NCBI GenBank assembly: GCA_964036045.1
Contig: OZ038379.1
Coordinates: forward strand, 9,176,001-9,240,000
Source: Eutreptiella sp. 'Long Island Sound 2002'
Lineage: Eukaryota; Protista; Euglenida
Length of the DNA: 64,000 nt
Reading direction: 5' to 3'
Below the pieces are notes generated by a model. The model was not told where the DNA came from, searched no databases, and saw only the letters and a list, made by a program, of their open reading frames with translations. Shown here piece by piece: positions 60,221 to 64,000 of the stretch (position 1 is its first letter; every line of letters begins with the position of its first letter). The translations under genes and the position numbers were made by a program.

Positions 60221-60730
60221 ATGACCAAGCGTCGGGGCTCGCGTGGGGCCCACAAGCGACGGGGTTCCCGTGGAGCCCACCGGAAGGGTCGCCATGGCGG
60301 ACAGCGGCACCGGCGTTCCGCGGACGCCCAGCAGCGCCGGGCGGCGAAGTGGAGCGGCGTGCTCCGCACCCGCCTCCGTGGCAGGCTGGCACGCCTGCCC
60401 ATCCGCCGGGTGCTGCTCGGCAACGGGGTGCGCCTGTGCCCCCAGTGCCCCCTCCCTGACGACAGGGAGGGGTTTTTGGAGAGAGCGGCCAGGGACGTGG
60501 CCGCACGCGTGGGGGGCACGCCGCACCGCCGCACGGCCCCCGGCGGCAGCGCCGCCAAGCCCCCAGGGCGGCATGCCTGCCGCCAGGTCTGGGAGGTGAG
60601 GCTGCCGGAGGGAGCCGCTGTGGTCTCCCTAACGGACTGGAACCAGGGACGCAGGGTTGCGGTACCCTATATATGGATCCAGGCCCGGTATGGGCTGGTG
60701 TTGCAAATTGCCCGCCTCTTCAACCCCTGA
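60221..60730 (+). CDS. ORF4, basic 169-aa protein of unknown function
   Basis: ATG start; KRRGSRGAH x2 with 4/4 nucleotide differences synonymous; followed by a non-repetitive C-terminal region with CPQC. Confidence 0.6.
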   Translation: MTKRRGSRGAHKRRGSRGAHRKGRHGGQRHRRSADAQQRRAAKWSGVLRTRLRGRLARLPIRRVLLGNGVRLCPQCPLPDDREGFLERAARDVAARVGGTPHRRTAPGGSAAKPPGRHACRQVWEVRLPEGAAVVSLTDWNQGRRVAVPYIWIQARYGLVLQIARLFNP

Positions 60731-61889
60731 GGTTTGACGCTCGTCGTCGTTGACTGAGCCTGCCCACTGCAGTGGGTGACCCTGACGGCGTGGCCGCTGG
60801 GTGTTGCTTTTGCTTTGTCTTTTTGGGCCGTGTCGGTCCGCGTTCCGCTGGAGCTGACGGCCGGGAGCTGGGGTTGACAGCCTTTTTACCGTCGGTGAGA
60901 CTGGGCGACCGTCGTAATCGCCTGTATCTGCCCTCCGCAGGGGGTGACTCTGACGGCGTGGCCGCTGGGTGCGCCTGTCTTGTTGTCTCTTTATTTGGTT
61001 GGCGGCACGGCCGCTGGGTGCTTTATTTGTTTCGCATTTTTGTTGGGCCTACCTCACTCCGCATCCAGCTGAAGCTGACGGCAGGATGGTGGGATATGCC
61101 CGCCCTCTTTGTCCGGGGGACACGGCGACCGTCGTGATCGCCTGTATCTGCCCACTGTGGTGACTGTCCAGGGCGGCGTGGCCGCTGGAGGCGTCCGCCG
61201 GGGGTGGCGCTGCTATTATGGGCCTGGTGCCCGGCATTTTTCCTGCCCTCCCCGCACTTCGACCTCTGGCCTTTGCCATTGAGCGCGGCGCCGTGTCTCG
61301 GGAAGATGCGGGTCAGCAGTGCACGGTGGCGGGTCCTCTGGTCGTCGTGGGGGGTGCTGCGGTTTAGTCTGCCTTTTTGCTTGTTTGCACGTTCCTCTGG
61401 AGCAGGGATTGGTTGTGGGACCTGCGGTGAGAGAACCGGGTGCGGCGGGGACCTTTTTGGGCGTGCCTCACTCCGATTCCAACTGGGACTGAAGGCCGGT
61501 TGGTGCGATTTGACCACCTTCTTTGTACGTGGGCGCGGCGACCGTCGTGATCGCCTGTATCTGCCCGCTGTGGTGGCTGTCCATGGCGGCGTGGCCGCTG
61601 AAGGAGTCTGCCGGGGTGACGCTGCTGATGTGGACCCGGTGCCCGACACGAATCCTGACCTCCCTCCGCTTCAGCTTCTGGATTCTGCCGTTGAGCGCGG
61701 CGCCGTGTCTTGGGTGGATGCGTGTCGGCAGTGCACGGTGGCGGGTCCCCTGGGTGTAGTGGGGGGGGGGGGGTGCTTCTGTTTGTTCTACCTTTTCGCT
61801 TGGTTACTACCTCAGTTCACATTCCTCTGGGGCTGAGATCCGGTTGTGGGCCCTGTGGTGGGAGAGCTGGGTACGGCGGAGAATGAATA

Positions 61890-61996
61890 CCCAAGTCCTG
61901 TGCAGTTTTCTTGTGCTCTGCTTGTGCAAACACTAGTTGTGCCTCGTCTCAACTTTTGTTTGCGTCTCCAATGTTTAGGCAGTTTTCCTGTCTTTG
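61890..61996 (+). repeat. B1-A2 junction (internal copy of the end-to-start junction)
   Basis: cccaagtcc...gtgcaaac directly abuts cactagttg..., sharing one C. Confidence 0.95.
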
Positions 61997-62235
61997 CCCG
62001 CCCACCCACCCACTGACCGACTGACCCCCTGAGAGCACCTGCCCTTTCCTTTCCTTTTTGAAACCGATCCCCTCGGGTGGAGTGGGGGATCTTACCGTGC
62101 TGCAGCGTGTGGGCCAGGGTATAGGGTCAGGGTCAGTTTCAGAGTGGGGTCCCGCATCCAGCGGAGTGGTCCGCAGCGCACCCGTCCATACAACCGCCGG
62201 TATTTCCGGCCTTGGTGATACTTCAGTACTGCTAT

Positions 62236-62277
62236 CCCAAGTCCTGTGCAGTTTTCTTGTGCTCTGCTTGTGCAAAC
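62236..62277 (+). repeat. Split direct repeat B2 (element 3' end)
   Basis: Identical to 61890..61931. Confidence 0.95.
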
Positions 62278-64000
62278 CTGGGTCTTTGCCATGTGCCCCG
62301 CGTTGCGGGGATCCACTGTATCATATGCTGGAGACGCCCACTTTGCCAAGCACATTCTTGAGTACTCTTTGAACTTCTGGAGTCAGCCAAAAAAAAAAAA
62401 GTAGCGTGCCGGGCGCGTGCCGGGCAAACATTCCCCCGAGGTTGTTACACACTCCAAAGCGGATTCCAACCCTCATGGCCATTGCCTTGCTATCTGTAGG
62501 AGACAATGTCCTTTTGTGGATTATTTGTATGAGCTCGCACTTGAACCCCTGAACCCCGCATCCGCACTCTCGGATCATCGCGAATTAGTAGCATGGCTTA
62601 TTAGTAACGGCCCACATAGTGCTGCATATTGCTACAAGTTGGGCCCCAATCGGGTCAAGGCAGAATGCCTATGTCCCTAGAGGCAGCCACCATCTTCCAA
62701 CACACTCACGCCACAACAGACTGTGCTTGGCCACGGCCACCAACCACCAAGGATATGAAGACCCTTGTGACGCATAAATGCAGGGTGGTTTCCTATCTTC
62801 CTCCCTGGCTAGGTTTCATAGCGTGGGCAGTGCGCACGTAACCCAACAACATCCCCTGTGCCCCTATAGCACGGATTTCCGTCCTCCGTGTGCCAACACC
62901 CCCACGACTCACCTGCAGCTCTTCAGAGGCAATACTCCCGCCAGAAAAAGTGGCACACATATTGCCTGTTGCCTGTTTCTGAGTAGAGCTGAACATGCAT
63001 TCTAACGGGCAATTCCCGGCTCATTTTGTGGTTCATATGCTATCGAGTCTGCATGACTTGTTTTGTGCCAAGCATCCTTTGCACAGTACTTTGGGGGCGA
63101 GGGAACCGTCACTTGGGGTATGTTCCCTCGGGTTGCAAGGATACCGTTGCGTGCAGGCGATTACTATGCAAGGGGTGGGGGGTATAAAAAAATCGTTCCA
63201 TATCCACAACTCCTGCTGAGGTCACTCTCAGGCTTCACCACTTTTGTGGTATGAAACAGAATTCATACCAGGGAGCACTGGAGCCTTACACTCACAAACT
63301 GAATGCCCTGAAAGGTGTGGCATCTCTGCTATACTTGATTATGTATACTACTACCCCCTGCGGGTGTACAATTGGGCAGATGGTAGGGGCCTGTAGAATG
63401 TACTAGTGGTCAAGACCAGGCACCTGCCATGCCTGGCATCTGCTGGAAGCAGTCGTGGGTGAAATATCATTGAAACTGGTTTCAGAATGTTTGTTTTGTC
63501 GTGACACCTGAATAGCCAATGGCTGGGGCGTACATAGGCATCATTGCCTTGGCAGTCCATGTGTCTACAGCATTCCACAGCATTCAGTGTCCAATGATGA
63601 TCTGTGGGTTGGGCAGGCCTCGGCCTTGCCAAAGCGTCAAAGGGGCCCTGAAGCTAGTTGAGTGCACACGTGTTTTCCACACCCTATGTTGAATGCACAT
63701 CCAAACGCCAGTCTGTCAGGGCAAATGAGCCAAGGCCTGATAGCCCACTTGGATTGCAAAGATGGCTTGAGCTTTGTCCATGATCACAGAGCATAGGGCA
63801 TGGGTCGCCCTGGACAATGCCAAGGCGCTGTATGCGGTCCGATTTCGTTCACCTCTGTGGGTTTTTCTTTGAGAATGGTGCATCCTGTGTGGAGGCTGCT
63901 GTACTATCTGATGCATGCAGAGCACTACACTATTTGCTTGCCTATTGCGACGCCACAGTGGGTTTGGCACCCTTCAATATGGGACCTGATGCTGTGCACT

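Larger units (their letters stand above)
55675..62277 (+). mobile_element. Tyrosine-recombinase retrotransposon (VIPER/TATE-like gag-YR-RT/RH order) with split direct repeats
   Basis: 66-bp A repeat at 55675 and 61931; 42-bp B repeat at 61890 and 62236; gag, YR and RT/RNaseH ORFs; no TSD. Confidence 0.92.
54634..62400 (+). mobile_element. 5'-truncated polyA (non-LTR-type) retroelement, split by the YR element (54634-55674 + 62278-62400)
   Basis: TSD gtagcgtgccgggc at 54620-54633 and 62401-62414 (18 bp if the preceding aaaa is counted), A12 tail at 62389-62400, and an ORF open from the 5' junction. Confidence 0.85.

Noticed and set aside
63350-63970. Possible minus-strand RT remnant
   Set aside because: Only a vague resemblance (IMDKAQA); no diagnostic motif.

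Overview
Repeat-rich eukaryotic DNA. A euglenozoan/euglenid host is inferred from the retroelement ORF order and is not proven. No rRNA, tRNA or CRISPR was found. (1) 1.5-40.8 kb, + strand: the 3' part of one very large spliced gene. My hand-built model has 20 GT-AG exons whose phases join into one frame of about 4,650 codons; the start is not seen. It encodes Cys-rich modules, 11 thrombospondin type-1 (TSP1) repeats each on its own phase 1-1 exon, a ~1,170-aa Ser/Thr/Pro/Ala stalk, a propeller-like block, two IPT/TIG domains, a Cys-rich juxtamembrane region, ~9 TM helices and a long low-complexity tail. (2) 54.6-62.4 kb: nested retroelements. A 5'-truncated polyA element with a 14-18 bp TSD is interrupted by a 6.6-kb tyrosine-recombinase (YR) retrotransposon with split direct repeats (A1...B1-A2...B2) and ORF order gag-YR-RT/RNaseH plus an extra basic ORF. 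The best candidate for an undescribed system is this element's apparent double recoding. gag and YR are in frame and separated only by UGA-C, followed by an 8-nt spacer and a predicted H-type pseudoknot (a retrovirus-like readthrough signal). YR then passes to RT by a -1 shift around a C12 run. (3) The rest is MITEs, mini/microsatellites and decayed element fragments, including an RNase H pseudogene. All exon boundaries were read by eye and need transcript support.
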